DNA of 64,000 nt from Candidatus Bathyarchaeota archaeon (lineage in GTDB: Archaea > Thermoproteota > Bathyarchaeia > Bathyarchaeales > DTEX01): positions 22,591 to 86,590 of the forward strand of contig CAVQNT010000006.1 in the NCBI GenBank assembly GCA_963714275.1, read 5' to 3'. Below the pieces are notes generated by a model, which had not been told where the DNA came from, made no database searches, and saw only the letters and a list, made by a program, of their open reading frames with translations. The translations under genes were made by a program, and so were the position numbers. Shown one piece after another: positions 33,151-43,784 of the stretch (positions are counted from its first letter, which is position 1; every line of letters begins with the position of its first letter).

Positions 33151-35584
33151 GTGACGGTGGTAATGTTCCAAAATCCAAGGATCGGAGTCTTCGTGTGCCA
33201 CTGCGGTCTTAACATAGCGGGAACAGTGGACGTTGAAGCCATCACCGAATATGCGCGGACTCTTCCTGACGTCGTTTATACAGTTCACAACCGTTACACT
33301 TGTTCTGATCCTGGGCAGGAAGAGATACGTAAAGCCATAAAGGACCATAATCTCAACCGGGTTGTTGTTGCTGCCTGTTCGCCGAGGATGCACGAATTCA
33401 CTTTCCGTCGGACAGTCGCTGAGGCTGGGTTGAACCCGTACCTTTTCGAGATGGCCAACATTAGAGAGCATTGTTCATGGTGTCACCCCAGCAAACCTGA
33501 GGAGGCAACTCAGAAAGCTAAAGAAATAGTCAAAATTGCTGTTGCGAAAGCTAGACTTCTTGGACCCTTGCAGCCAATCGAGGTTCCAGTTACAAATAAG
33601 GCGTTAGTCTTGGGCGGTGGAATAGCTGGTATGAACGCGGCTCTTGACTTGGCTGAGATGGGTTTCAAGGTCTACTTGGTGGAAAAGAAGGAAAGCATCG
33701 GTGGGCACATGGCTCAGCTGGACAAGACGTTTCCAACTTTGGATTGTTCCATCTGTATCGAAGGTCCAAAGATGGTTGACGTTTCCCGTCATCCGAACAT
33801 TGAAATTTTCTCGTTCACAGATATAGTCAGCGTCGAGGGATTCGTGGGAAACTTCAATGTTAAACTACGAAAACAACCCCGATACGTCATAGAAGAGAAC
33901 TGCACTGGATGCGGAGAATGCCGAGACATTTGCCCCATAGAGTTCCCGAACGATTGGGACATGAACATAGGTGTGAGAAAAGCGATTTCGGTTCCTTTCG
34001 ATCAGGCTGTACCTTTAATTTACTCAATAAACAAGGACTACTGCATCGAATGCTTCAAGTGTGTTGATGCTTGTGGAGACCGCCAAGCTATTGACTTCAG
34101 CCTTGAACCTAAAGAGGTTGAGGTAGAGGTAGGCATCATAATAATTGCCACGGGTTATGACATTTACCTGCCAGAAGAAGGCAACGTCTACGGGTACGGA
34201 AAATACAATAATGTCTTGACAAGTTTAGAGTTTGAAAGGCTTATTCTCGCAGCTGGCCCAACTAATGGTCAAGTCATTAGGGCTTCGGATGGTAAACAGC
34301 CAAAAGTAGTGGCTTTAGTTCAGTGCGTAGGCTCCCGTGATGTAGAAAAATACCCGTACTGTTCAGGTTTTTGCTGCATGTATACCCTAAAGCACGCTGT
34401 ACAGCTGAAGGAACATTATGGGCAAGACGTGGAAGTTTACGTTTTTTACATCGACATGCGAACCAACTTCAAAGGATACGAAGAATTCTACGCGAGAGCC
34501 AGAGAAATGGGAGTAAACTTCATCAGAGGTCGAGTGTCTAAAGTTTTTGAAACGCCAAAAAAAAACCTAATCATCCGTGCAGAAGACACGTTACTCGGAG
34601 AACCCATTGAACTAGAGGCTGAAATGGTCGTCCTAGCCACCGCAGCTACAGCATGTAGGGACGCTGGAGAAGTCTCAAGAGTTCTCAACATTACCCGTGG
34701 CATGGACGGGTTCTTCATGGAAAGCCATCCGAAGCTTAAACCCATCGATACAGCGGTTGACGGAATCTTTTTAGCTGGAGCCTGCCAAGGACCGAAGGAC
34801 ATACCATACAGTGTTGCTCAAGGTAGTGGGGCAGCAGCGCGAGCAGCGACAGTTCTTTCCAAGTCCACTGTCAAGATTGAACCAATAGTGTCCGTTGTTG
34901 ACCCAGAAAAGTGTCGGAACACGAAGATTAAATGCGGAATTTGTGCAACAAAGTGTCCATACAGCGCAATCCAGGTTGAACCAAACAAGCCAGCTGAAGT
35001 TGTCGCAGCAAAGTGCCATGGTTGCGGTATATGTGTTGCTGAGTGCCCGGTTGACGCAATCACGCAGATGCACTTCACTGACGCTCAAATTTTGGCTCAG
35101 ATAGACGCAGCCTTGGAGGAGAATCCTGAAAATAAGATATTGGGGATTTGCTGCAATTGGTGCTCCTATGCAGGCGCAGACTTGGCTGGAACAAGCCGTT
35201 TCGAATATCCTACAAACATTAGAATAATCAAGGTCATGTGTTCAGGAAGGGTTGACAGAGACTTTATTCTCGAAGCCTTCCGAAAAGGCGCAGGCATGGT
35301 TCTGGTCGGAGCTTGCCACCTTCCATACGATTGCCACTACATTGACGGAAACTGGAAGATGAAGGCACGCATGGAAACACTAGCAAACATGCTTCAGAAG
35401 CTCGGAATAACGCCTGACAGGTTCAGGGTTGAATATGTTTCAGCAGACTGAAGGCGTCAAGTTCGCCCAAGTAGTCAAAGACATGACTGAAAGGCTAAAC
35501 GAAATCGGCGTAGAAAAGATTAGGGCTGAAAACGAGAAACTGAAACCTTACATTGACCGGATACTTGAAAGGAAAAACAAATAA
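33151..35584 (+). CDS. hdrA: heterodisulfide reductase subunit A-like flavoprotein fused to an MvhD/FlpD-like domain; frame broken near 35440
   Basis: VLGGGIAGMNAALDLAEMGFKVYLVEKKESIGGHMAQLDKTFPTLDCSICI, several 4Fe-4S motifs, and a C-terminal CCNWCSYAGADLAGTSRFEYPTNIRIIKVMCSGRVD...GACHLPYDCHY. The tail EGVKFAQVVKDM...ILERKNK* is in a shifted frame. Confidence 0.85.
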
Positions 35585-35642
35585 CTTGTCATTATGCACC
35601 TTTTGGCTTATCGTTAAAAAAATTACAGGATTGTAAAATACA

Positions 35643-36454
35643 TTAGAATGAATTTATGAGAAGCCTTATACTTACGATGAGCATGACTAGGCTGAAAGCC
35701 TTTTTCAGAAGTTTTCCTGAAAATTTTTTGGCTATTCGAGCACCCAGTTGCGTGCCGAAGATGACTCCTATTGCTATGTAGGCTGAGTACTCTAGCCTCA
35801 CGTTGTTGAGTGTATGTGAGTTAATACGCCTGCAATGCTTGTGAAAATCATGATGAACATTGATGTTGCGATGGTTAGGTGAATTGGAATGCCTGCTGCG
35901 AGGTTAAGAATAGGAACCATCAGTGCGCCGCCACCTATGCCCAGTAGCCCAGATGACAGTCCGCCAAAGAAGGACAAAATGAAGGCTAGGACGATGTTTG
36001 TGTCATATTCGAACATTTTTTCTTCCGAATCAGTGAGCTTCCGATGCCAAGTTCTCGAAATTTTCGTTATCTTGGGTAATGGAATGTGCAAATTACTAAG
36101 CATACTTATTGCCACAAAAATTAGGAAAAACGAAAAAATTATCGCCAGCAAGCTACTTGACACAAGGGTTGTCGCGTAGGCTCCTAAAACAGCTCCAGGA
36201 ACTGTAGAGACTGCTGAGACTACCCCAACTTTATAGTCTATCCGTTTCTGCCTTGAATACGCGTATGTCGAAGCAAAAGAGGTGAAGACGATGACTGCGA
36301 GGCTTGTTCCTACAGCTTCCTGGGAGGTGAAGACATAGATTATCGAAAGGGCAGGAACAATGAAGGTGCCGCCGCCTATGCCTGTTATAGATGCTATTAT
36401 GCCTACTAGGAATCCTAACAAAATCAGGACCACGATATCGACCAGCAGCAGCAC
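35643..36454 (-). CDS. TauE/SafE (TSUP) family anion exporter; frame broken near 35800
   Basis: Polytopic. GIGGGTFIVPAL and GIGGGALMVPIL repeats. The tail NNVRLEYSAYIAIGVIFGTQLGARIAKKF... is in a shifted frame. Confidence 0.65.
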
Positions 36455-36840
36455 AATTTTTGCCTCCTACAATCCTATCAGCAACCGCCTTTAAACTGTT
36501 AAAGGTTTCGAAAGAAAATGGCTTCTAGAAGCTGTCTTATTTGTGTAACAACCGAGTTTTCCATTTGTGTAACAAGAAAAAGGTATGGTTTGTCGTCAAC
36601 TGTTTTTTATTGTTGGATCGAGCTAAATGGAAAAATTTCTTTTCTCGCTATTCTGGTTGTATATGTGCATCATATGTTGGAGGAGGGGGATTTACAGCCT
36701 TTTTCTTTGTCAAGATTTTTATTGCAATGACAGCGGGCGGAAGGATTAAGGCTACCAGCAATATAAGCATGAAGGGATTTATCATGTTAAATGTTTTTAG
36801 TAATCATTTTTATTATTTATACCATATTATCCAGTTAAGG

Positions 36841-36914
36841 AGCCTCAGGCGGGATTTGAACCCGCGGTCTCCACCTTACCAAGGTGATGCCCTAACCAGC
36901 TGGGCCACTGAGGC
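36841..36914 (-). tRNA. tRNA-Thr(GGU)
   Basis: Minus strand reads GCCTCAG TG GCCC AGCTGGTTA GGGC A TCACC TTGGTAA GGTGG AGACC GCGGG TTCAAAT CCCGC CTGAGGC T. This is a clean cloverleaf with anticodon GGT and no encoded CCA. Confidence 0.85.
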
Positions 36915-37105
36915 ATAGGTTACTTTTTAGCCTATGCGGAAATTTAAAGTTTTGTTTGATGCTGTTATGTTATGGGTTTTGTGTATTAAGAAACGATTAA
37001 ATCTACAATGAATGGAGACATCTCCCGCAACTCCCCCTCTTTTTTTGTTTTCTATATCGTGAAAGTCTTTTTTGTTACCAATGATAGTTTTCAGGAGGGG
37101 AGACG

Positions 37106-37408
37106 GTGAAGATGATTACGCTTTTGATTTCTGAATCCTACATCGTAGCGTTGGACAGTCTTGTTGGGCAAGGCAATTTTCCATGCAGAAGTGAAGCCGT
37201 CAGACTCGCCGTCAGAGATCTGCTCGTGAAAGAAGGCTGTTTGCCCAAGGCAGAAATTTCAGAAGATTTGACGGAAAAACTTGCTGTAGCCATGCACCTG
37301 GACAAGCAAATGAAATTTTACAAAGAACATGCTGGGAAAGTTGACTATAAACCTGGCCTCTACTGGATACAAGAAAAATACCGCAAGCAAAAGGAGGCTT
37401 CTGAATGA
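37106..37408 (+). CDS. ribbon-helix-helix (CopG/Arc-like) DNA-binding protein
   Basis: ITLLISESYIVALDSLVGQGNFPCRSEAVRLAVRDLL has the beta-strand/helix/helix pattern. It is the first gene after the tRNA. Confidence 0.6.
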   Translation: MKMITLLISESYIVALDSLVGQGNFPCRSEAVRLAVRDLLVKEGCLPKAEISEDLTEKLAVAMHLDKQMKFYKEHAGKVDYKPGLYWIQEKYRKQKEASE

Positions 37409-37584
37409 AGTGCCCAAACTGTGAGTCAGCGAATCTGCAGCCTCATTATGATGGCACGTTTACGCCTAACGGCTGGATCTGCATAGACTGTTGTCACGTC
37501 GACAGGACTCTCGAGGCGCCTAAAGTCCCGAAAATGCCCTTGATTGGGATCAAGACTTTGCGTAAAGCGTGGTGGGAAAAATGA
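37405..37584 (+). CDS. small zinc-ribbon protein (59 aa, below the ORF-track cutoff)
   Basis: MKCPNCESANLQPHYDGTFTPNGWICIDCCHV... (CxxC...CxxC). The ATG overlaps the upstream stop and the stop overlaps the next ATG. Confidence 0.5.
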   Translation: MKCPNCESANLQPHYDGTFTPNGWICIDCCHVDRTLEAPKVPKMPLIGIKTLRKAWWEK

Positions 37585-37763
37585 CTGAATCTACCGTTAG
37601 ACTTGTTGTTAAACGGACTTATCGAGGCGTCCCCTACAGCGTTAATGCATACCTGCAAAGCCTAACCAGCGTTGAGCCTGTGATGGCGGTTGTTGGACAG
37701 ATTGAAGAATTCATCGACCGGGAAGTCCAGAAACAAAGTATGGAAGAGAAGGGTGGAGGATAA
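37581..37763 (+). CDS. hypothetical small protein
   Basis: ORF MTESTVRLVVKRTYRGVPYSVNAYLQ... is translationally coupled to both neighbours. Confidence 0.4.
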   Translation: MTESTVRLVVKRTYRGVPYSVNAYLQSLTSVEPVMAVVGQIEEFIDREVQKQSMEEKGGG

Positions 37764-37765
37764 CA

Positions 37766-38035
37766 ATGAAGAAGGTTAGGAAGAGCATTGTTTATCAGCG
37801 TTGCGAAGACCTCGCTGGGATTCTTGTTGAACAAGGGTATTCAGTCGTGAATGATTATGATCTTGAGTACCTGCTGAAACGGTATGTTGGCGCTGACCCC
37901 CGAACTGTCAAGGCATACAAGAACCATCTTGTTGAATTCAATTTTCTGCAACGTACGAAAGACGGTTTCAACATTTTGAAAGTGTGGATTCCCGTCCAGA
38001 AACGTTTGGAGGCTGTCGCAGAATCTTCCAAGTAA
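37766..38035 (+). CDS. hypothetical protein, possible winged-helix
   Basis: 89-aa ORF in the same tightly packed operon. Confidence 0.4.
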   Translation: MKKVRKSIVYQRCEDLAGILVEQGYSVVNDYDLEYLLKRYVGADPRTVKAYKNHLVEFNFLQRTKDGFNILKVWIPVQKRLEAVAESSK

Positions 38036-38190
38036 TTTGTGTGTGCGTGTATTTGGATGTAAGGGGCTAAGGGAAAAATGAAACGAAAAACTGCTAATAA
38101 TAATAATAATAAAAAATATCGTTTAGCTATGCAGCTGTAGCTGCACACACACACAAATCCTATATAAGCATTTTTAGAGCGCACACAAAA
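38036..38190. repeat. intergenic repeat cluster: GT/CA-rich boxes in inverted orientation, (TAA)6 microsatellite, GCAGCTGTAGCTGC palindrome
   Basis: TTTGTGTGTGCGTGT (38036-38050), (TAA)6 (38095-38112), GCAGCTGTAGCTGC (38131-38144), GCACACACACACAAA (38143-38157), GCGCACACAAAA (38179-38190). Confidence 0.8.
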
Positions 38191-38589
38191 AAGCAAAAAC
38201 AAACAATTCCAAAACCTGAACATTGTTCTAACCCATGGAAGCCTGACTGCGAGAACACCGACATCGCCCTGGATATTGAACATCAGGGGAAAAGGCGTCC
38301 TATCTGCCGAAAATGCTGGGAAACCATCAGCAGGAGCAGACATCAATGGTGACCAGCATGTTTTGTCTCGGAAAGGGTAGATGTCTGGACCTACGAATCT
38401 CTTGGGTATGGAAAACTACTTTTTCGTCGTCAATTTTTGGGCTAAAAAATGGTGCTGAAAAGTGTCCCAAAAACTTGTCTAATAGATGGTTGAAAGGGCT
38501 TGGAACGTGGTTCACGGAAGTGTATGTCAACATTACTGGTTTGTATCCAGAGTCGGTTTTTGTGGTGATTCAGTATTTTGTGGAGGCGA

Positions 38590-38815
38590 ATGTTGTTGAA
38601 GAGGAAAAAAGACCAAATTGTTGAGATTAAGCGCATAGAAGTTGAAATTAAGGATATTCAAGGCTGTTTTCCAGCCCAGATTATGAGCTCGCGGAAGCAG
38701 CTTTTACGTCCGTTTGGATCCCTCTTTCATCAGATTCTACGAGTTGCAGCCGGGAGACGAGATCCTGGTCACAATCACGGAAGCAAAACGTGAAAAAAGA
38801 GAGGAAACAAAATGA
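38590..38815 (+). CDS. AbrB/SpoVT-like (swapped-hairpin) DNA-binding protein; frame broken near 38690
   Basis: MLLKRKKDQIVEIKRIEVEIKD... then (shifted) GSSFYVRLDPSFIRFYELQPGDEILVTITEAKREKREETK*. The stop overlaps the next ATG. Confidence 0.45.
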
Positions 38816-39090
38816 GGATAAACATTGTCATCAACGGATGGCATGACCTTGCGAAGATGATTCTGCGGGTCACATGTCTGGCTGGAATAGTTGGCATCGC
38901 ACTCAAACTCATTTTCTACGTGGTCATGATCAACGTTTACATTGCCCTGCTTCCCAACAACATTTACGCCGTCGCAATCGCTGAAAACTTCTTTTTTCCG
39001 TATTTCCCTAACGCACTGGACTCCGCCTTCCTAATTGTTGCTGCGATGTTTTTGGCGCTTGAAAAAAGGACGAAAAGGGGAGAGAAATGA
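38812..39090 (+). CDS. small membrane protein
   Basis: 92 aa with 2-3 hydrophobic helices. Confidence 0.45.
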   Translation: MRINIVINGWHDLAKMILRVTCLAGIVGIALKLIFYVVMINVYIALLPNNIYAVAIAENFFFPYFPNALDSAFLIVAAMFLALEKRTKRGEK

Positions 39091-39162
39091 GATAATGGCA
39101 ATTTATTGGTGTGAAACATCGCCGGAAAACATCTGGATGCATCATTCAAAAGTTATGATGCG

Positions 39163-39525
39163 ATGATTTGGCATCTTAAAAAAGTGCATGATATTAAAAT
39201 TGTGGAGCGGTGGAGGCTTATTGAAGGTCATAATTTTTGGAATCTTACTAATCCAAATTTGAAAGTTATTATGAAATGTAGCATTTGTGATTGGTATGCG
39301 TATAGTGAAAATTGGGATGATGCTTATAGGATCGCTAATCAACATGAAAAGAATCACATGAAATATTATTGTTGCGGAAAAGGGTTTAGAAGTCTCGTAG
39401 TGCTTCTTAGGCACGTTGATAAGGTTCATGGCGTCCATGTTGGGTTTGAAAGGGGGATGTCTAAGAGAAGGCTGTTTTTGGATGGAATAACAAAATCAGC
39501 TAAAAGGAGATGTTACTTGGGATGA
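39163..39525 (+). CDS. C2H2-type zinc-finger protein
   Basis: MKCSICDWYAYSENWDDAYRIANQHEKNH and YYCCGKGFRSLVVLLRHVDKVH (Cys pair ... HxxxxH). HLKKVH at the N-terminus suggests a further finger if an upstream fragment starting at 39096 is joined. Confidence 0.55.
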   Translation: MIWHLKKVHDIKIVERWRLIEGHNFWNLTNPNLKVIMKCSICDWYAYSENWDDAYRIANQHEKNHMKYYCCGKGFRSLVVLLRHVDKVHGVHVGFERGMSKRRLFLDGITKSAKRRCYLG

Positions 39526-39715
39526 CTCAAAAAAAAGAGAATTGAAAATTTGGAAAGGTTGAAGGAGACTTATCACAAAACTTTAAGTTAGTAGCTTTTG
39601 TTTTTCTGTCCCCCTTCGGAAACTCTTCAGTCCTGTCCTTTCAGGAGAAACAAAAAGTGGGAATTTTAGGCTTTAAGCTTACGTTGCCTATATAGCGTGT
39701 ATGCGATTATCCATG

Positions 39716-40523
39716 CTAACCTGATGGCGACATAAAAGCCCACTCGTAGAAGATGCCTGTTGTGGTGATTACTCTGATACAATATGATGTGTCAGGTTGC
39801 AGCTTCAGTGTCTTCCAGATTATAGTAATATCTTTTGTGGACCCGACGTCGATTGTTGTTGGCAACGTAGGTGAAACAGATGCTTCGGTAGTGGCATTAT
39901 ACCATGTTGCTCCTGGATTTAATCTTATAACAACTGATTGTATCGTTGCAGTGGCGCTTCCTGTATTCCTTACGGTTATCTTAGTTGTATTCTGAGATAC
40001 AATCCATTGCACCATATCTATCATTATTTGTATCTGTGGTGGTTGTGGTGTAGAAGCGATTATTTGGTTTCTGGCGAACTTAACAACTACTGGTAGTTCT
40101 TGTTGTGGTGGAGCACCTTGGTTAATATCAAAAGTCAAAGTTAGAGTTACCGAACTTTTTGCTGGAGTCTGTAATTGTCCAACACCATAATCTCCCTTCT
40201 TGCTCAGGAATTATCACACCACTGACTGAAGCATTTACGTCAATACCTTGAGGTATTTGAGTCTGTCCTTGTCCGTCAAGGAAGTAGACATCCACATCTA
40301 CGATAATGTCTTTATTTGCCGAATTGCGAATTGTTAAGTTCTGGACCTTCGTCTCACCTGCGTATGCAGTAATTGAAAACGTGGATGGTCTTATAGAGAT
40401 TGGTTCATTAATTGTGAGTGTTGCTTGAACGAATAAGATGTCCCATGCCCCTACAACCCCAATGCTGAACAACGATACAAGCAGTACTACCAAGATTAGT
40501 TTCTTAGTCCTTTGCATTTTCAT
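39716..40523 (-). CDS. secreted or membrane-anchored beta-rich protein (possible adhesin/Ig-like); frame broken near 40200
   Basis: Signal/anchor MKMQRTKKLILVVLLVSLFSIGVVGA, then alternating beta-strand-like sequence. Pieces 40128-40523 and 39716-40138 join via SKKGDYGVGQLQTPAKSSVTLTLTFDINQG. Confidence 0.45.
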
Positions 40524-40804
40524 TTCTCCTTATACCTTCTTGTGTGCTCTTTCTGCTCTTCCATTAGAGTCTAAGTGGTTTCACACTTCCAACAGAGTTT
40601 ACTGCTAGCTAGCTATAAGCCGTTATTATAATTGAACGTATAAGGGTTAAGAAAGATAATTAAGAAATATAAATCTATTAAATAATAGCAGTTAAAAGAA
40701 GAAGAAAAAGCCTATAATCTTTACTGAAAAAATTTAATGTGACTAGGCTTTGCCATTTTTGTTTTTTTGTGGTGTTTTTGTGTGTGAGTAGAGTAGTTAG
40801 CTGA

Positions 40805-40948
40805 CTAATTGTGATTGTTTTTTGAAATTTTTTCTTCTACTGCAAGCTCAATGTAATTTGAGCGGGACCTCTGTTCTCTTTCACATATTAACTTCAGTTT
40901 TTGGATGATGCTTTTGCTTAAAGCAACGCTGATTATTTCCTTATTCAT
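40805..40948 (-). CDS. ribbon-helix-helix protein (47 aa, below the ORF-track cutoff)
   Basis: MNKEIISVALSKSIIQKLKLICEREQRSRSNYIELAVEEKISKNNHN*. It is divergent from the portal gene. Confidence 0.5.
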   Translation of the reverse strand: MNKEIISVALSKSIIQKLKLICEREQRSRSNYIELAVEEKISKNNHN

Positions 40949-41053
40949 GATTCCACGCTTATTTTCTAGCGTTATTAGTAATTAATACTTATTGTTAATT
41001 CTTAACAGCATGCCTTTTAAAAATATAAAAATATATAAATTCGGTTAGATAGC

Positions 41054-42342
41054 TTGGCTCTTAAATGGATTAAAAGAATTTTTGCGAAGGACACAGCTGA
41101 ACCGGGCATCAGAGGAGCTGGAGCCACCAGCCAAGCGGACTTTGGCACTCCGATAAGTGACACTGATCTTCTTTTCGCTGTTAAAAGGGAGCCTGTTGCA
41201 CATCGCATCGTCTTCATGGTTGCGCATGACATTTTTGATAACTGGTTCAGCGTTGACGTTGCAGGCGAAAAAAGGCCTGATACAAGATTTAACGATCAGA
41301 TCCAAACGGTTCTTGATGATCTTGAAGCAAAATCTGTTTTTACGGAGATGGCTGTTTATGAGAGGCTTTACGGTGAAGCAGTCGTCCTCGTCGGTTATTC
41401 TGATTATGGAAAGGACCTTATAAAACCCGTTAAGGATCCTCAAAGCATCGAGGATCTTGTGGCTTACAGTCCTCTTGACTTTAATGTTTCTTCTTCTGAC
41501 GAAGACAGGGATCCGAAAAGTCCTCGTTACGGGCTTCCAGAATTTTACACTTTTGTTCGAGGCAGCCAAACTGTAAGGGTTCATTATAGCCGAGTTATCC
41601 ATTCTGCGACAAGGCTGTTGGATCATCCTTACAGAGGTCTCAGCACCCTTGAACCCGTGTATGATGACCTTACCGTCTTGCGTAACATTCGCTGGGGTAT
41701 GGGTCAAACTATGGTTCGTTACGGTGGCGGTTTCCCTGACATCACATTGAAAGGTAAAGACGCGGACAAGATTGACGACTTCATTATGGGCAAACAGATG
41801 GAGACCGTTAACGCTAGGACATATTTTGTGCATAACGAGCTTCAAGAGCTTGAGTTTAAGGGCGTAGGCGGAGTTACGCTTGACCCAGAAAAGTATTATG
41901 TGCCCATCATGGAAAGCATCAGCGCAGGCTCCGGGATTCCATTAGCCATTTTACGGGGTGCCAGACTGGAGCATTAACTGGTTCAGAGGTTAATGAACGG
42001 GAATATTTCAAGCTCATAAGTGATGCTCAAAGCCGTTACGAGCCTGGAGTCCGAAAATTGCTTGATATGCTTATCGAATGTGGACAGGTCCGTTGGTTCT
42101 ATAATGTGCCCAAGAAATATCGGGTCAGCTGGGGAGGAGGCTTCGAAGTAAACGAGAAGGACCAGGCCTTAACACAACTTTCAGTAGCGCAGGCAATGAA
42201 TCTCCACTCAAACTGGATGACTTTGAATGAGCTTAGAGCAACGATGGATCCACCGCTTCCTGCCCTTCCAAGTCCTCAGGGAGATCTTATTCTCGGGTTG
42301 GAGAAGCTGCAGCAGTCACAGAAATTATTGTCACCTATTTAG
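41054..42342 (+). CDS. portal protein (DUF1073-type); frame broken at about 41957-41960 (GCCAG where GCCCAG is expected)
   Basis: RLYGEAVVLVGYSD, VRVHYSRVIHSATR, and ISAGSGIPLAILRGA then (shifted) QTGALTGSEVNEREYFKLISDAQSRYEPGVRKLLDMLIE. This is the conserved DUF1073 portal core as I recall it. Confidence 0.7.
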
Positions 42343-42344
42343 AG

Positions 42345-43239
42345 ATGGTTGAAATGATGAAGATTGGAACATCGCAAGTTGAGTTGGATTCGACAAAAAT
42401 CTTGAAGGAAGACGATGAAGAATTAGTCCTTCCCGGCATCCTTGCTCGCGAAGGCGTTTTTCCTTATCCTGGAGGACGAGCGTTTAGACCTCGTGAAAGA
42501 CTGAAGTCAAGGCTAAAGACTTTCGAGGTGCCTAGAGTATTCGACTCAGAGACATCCTGATTCTATGGTCTTGACAGATCCTGATTTATGTGTCGGCAAA
42601 GTTGACGGTGTGACTTGGAATGAAGATAAAGGCGAAGTTCACGGTAATGTCCATTTATTCAAAAATTGCTTAACTCCTGAGTTTCTTGCTGGAGTTAAAT
42701 CTGGTGCATTTTCTAAAAATAGCATGGGGTTTCTTTTCAGGGAAGATGCGACCAGTGGCGAATTTAATGGTCAAGCGTATGATTATGTGCAGCGGAAGAT
42801 TCTTGTGGATCATATAGCCGTGGGAGTTCCGAACCCGAGAGATCCAGGTTGCATCCTTGGCGTAGATGATTTTTCAAGTGAAATAAGTGTGAACCTTAAG
42901 GGCGCTGATGCTTGGGAAACAAGTTTCATTAACGACCTGCCTGACTCGTCCTTCGCATACGTCGAGGATGGCGGAAAAAAGGATGATGAAGGCAAAACTG
43001 TTCCCCGAAGCCTTAGGCACCTACCCTACAAAAACGGTCAAGGCACCATTGACCACGACCACCTCGTTAACGCTCTTGCAAGGGTTAGCCAGTCTGCAAC
43101 TTTGCCTGAAGGCGGAAAGACAGCTGCTAAAGACAAATTGTGTGGCGCAATCCGTAGCTGGAACAATGAACACGCTGACAGCAAGATTGAGTCAGAAGTT
43201 TGTGGCGTAACGGGAGATTGTCTCCTGGACGCCTTTTGA
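42345..43239 (+). CDS. DUF2213-like head-morphogenesis protein (putative prohead protease/scaffold-associated); frame broken near 42548
   Basis: LPGILAREGVFPY...HPDSMVLTDPDLCVGKV...NSMGFLFREDATSGEFNGQAYDYVQRKILVDHIAVGVPNPRDPGC matches the DUF2213 pattern (S.G...G...YD..Q..I..nH.A.V...R). It lies immediately after the portal gene. Confidence 0.5.
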
Positions 43240-43369
43240 GGAGATTGAGAGGTCAAAGAGACTGTTCATAGTCACTAAATTCAACAATTTAGGGATAGAA
43301 TTGCATCGAGATGATGGTGCTGAGACTCACGACGGGTCTTTAAACTAGCAAAAAAATGGAAAAAAGAAA

Positions 43370-43782
43370 ATGTCAAATCAGGACGGGTCAGATGCGGAAC
43401 AAAACAAAGCCATAAAGGTTACTATTGACCAGGTGATGGCTGAAAACCTAAGTTTGAAGCAGATAGTTCAAGATCTGGACCAAACTGTGAAGGATCTTAC
43501 ATCTCAGCTTAAGGCTGCGAATGACGTGCTTGAAGCGCAAGCGAGGGCGAAGTTGATTGCGGAAATCAAACCCCGCAGCAGATATTCTGACGAGGACTTA
43601 ACGAAACTTTCGCTTGACGACTTAACAAACATCAAGGTTACGCTTGACAACGCTAAAATGTCGAACTTACAAGAACATCCACTTCGGTCCCCTAGGGATT
43701 GATGAAGCGCAAGGACGAGGGACTAACCGTAGGAGACCTATCGGTTGTCACAGAAGCTAAACGCAAAGCAAGGAGCGCATAA
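43370..43782 (+). CDS. coiled-coil scaffolding-like protein; 3' end frame-broken
   Basis: Heptad-rich KQIVQDLDQTVKDLTSQLKAANDVLEAQARAKLIAEIK. Its position between the portal/DUF2213 genes and the capsid genes fits a scaffold. Confidence 0.45.
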
Positions 43783-43784
43783 GT

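Noticed and set aside
38095-38112. Possible CRISPR array or other spaced repeats. The (TAA)6 run and the GT/CA boxes were examined, along with the rest of the window.
   Set aside because: There are no regularly spaced direct repeats of 24-40 nt anywhere in the window. The (TAA)6 run is a simple microsatellite.
38200-38346. A small Cys-rich ORF (..PWKPDCENTDIALDIEHQGKRRPICRKCWETISRSRHQW*) upstream of 38346.
   Set aside because: It has no in-frame start codon as the sequence stands. It would need an assumed 1-nt error (ATGGAAG to ATGAAG). It is plausible given the error rate but is not supportable as a feature.
41045-41845. Long antisense or overlapping ORFs from the track. Examples are 41045-41845(-), 37855-38346(-), 32312-32797(-), 54709-55251(+), 36541-36918(+, which overlaps tRNA-Thr) and 11463-11699(+, which overlaps tRNA-Leu).
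   Set aside because: Each lies opposite a well-supported conserved gene or across a tRNA or low-complexity region. Their translations are low-complexity with no recognisable motif. They are treated as shadow ORFs.
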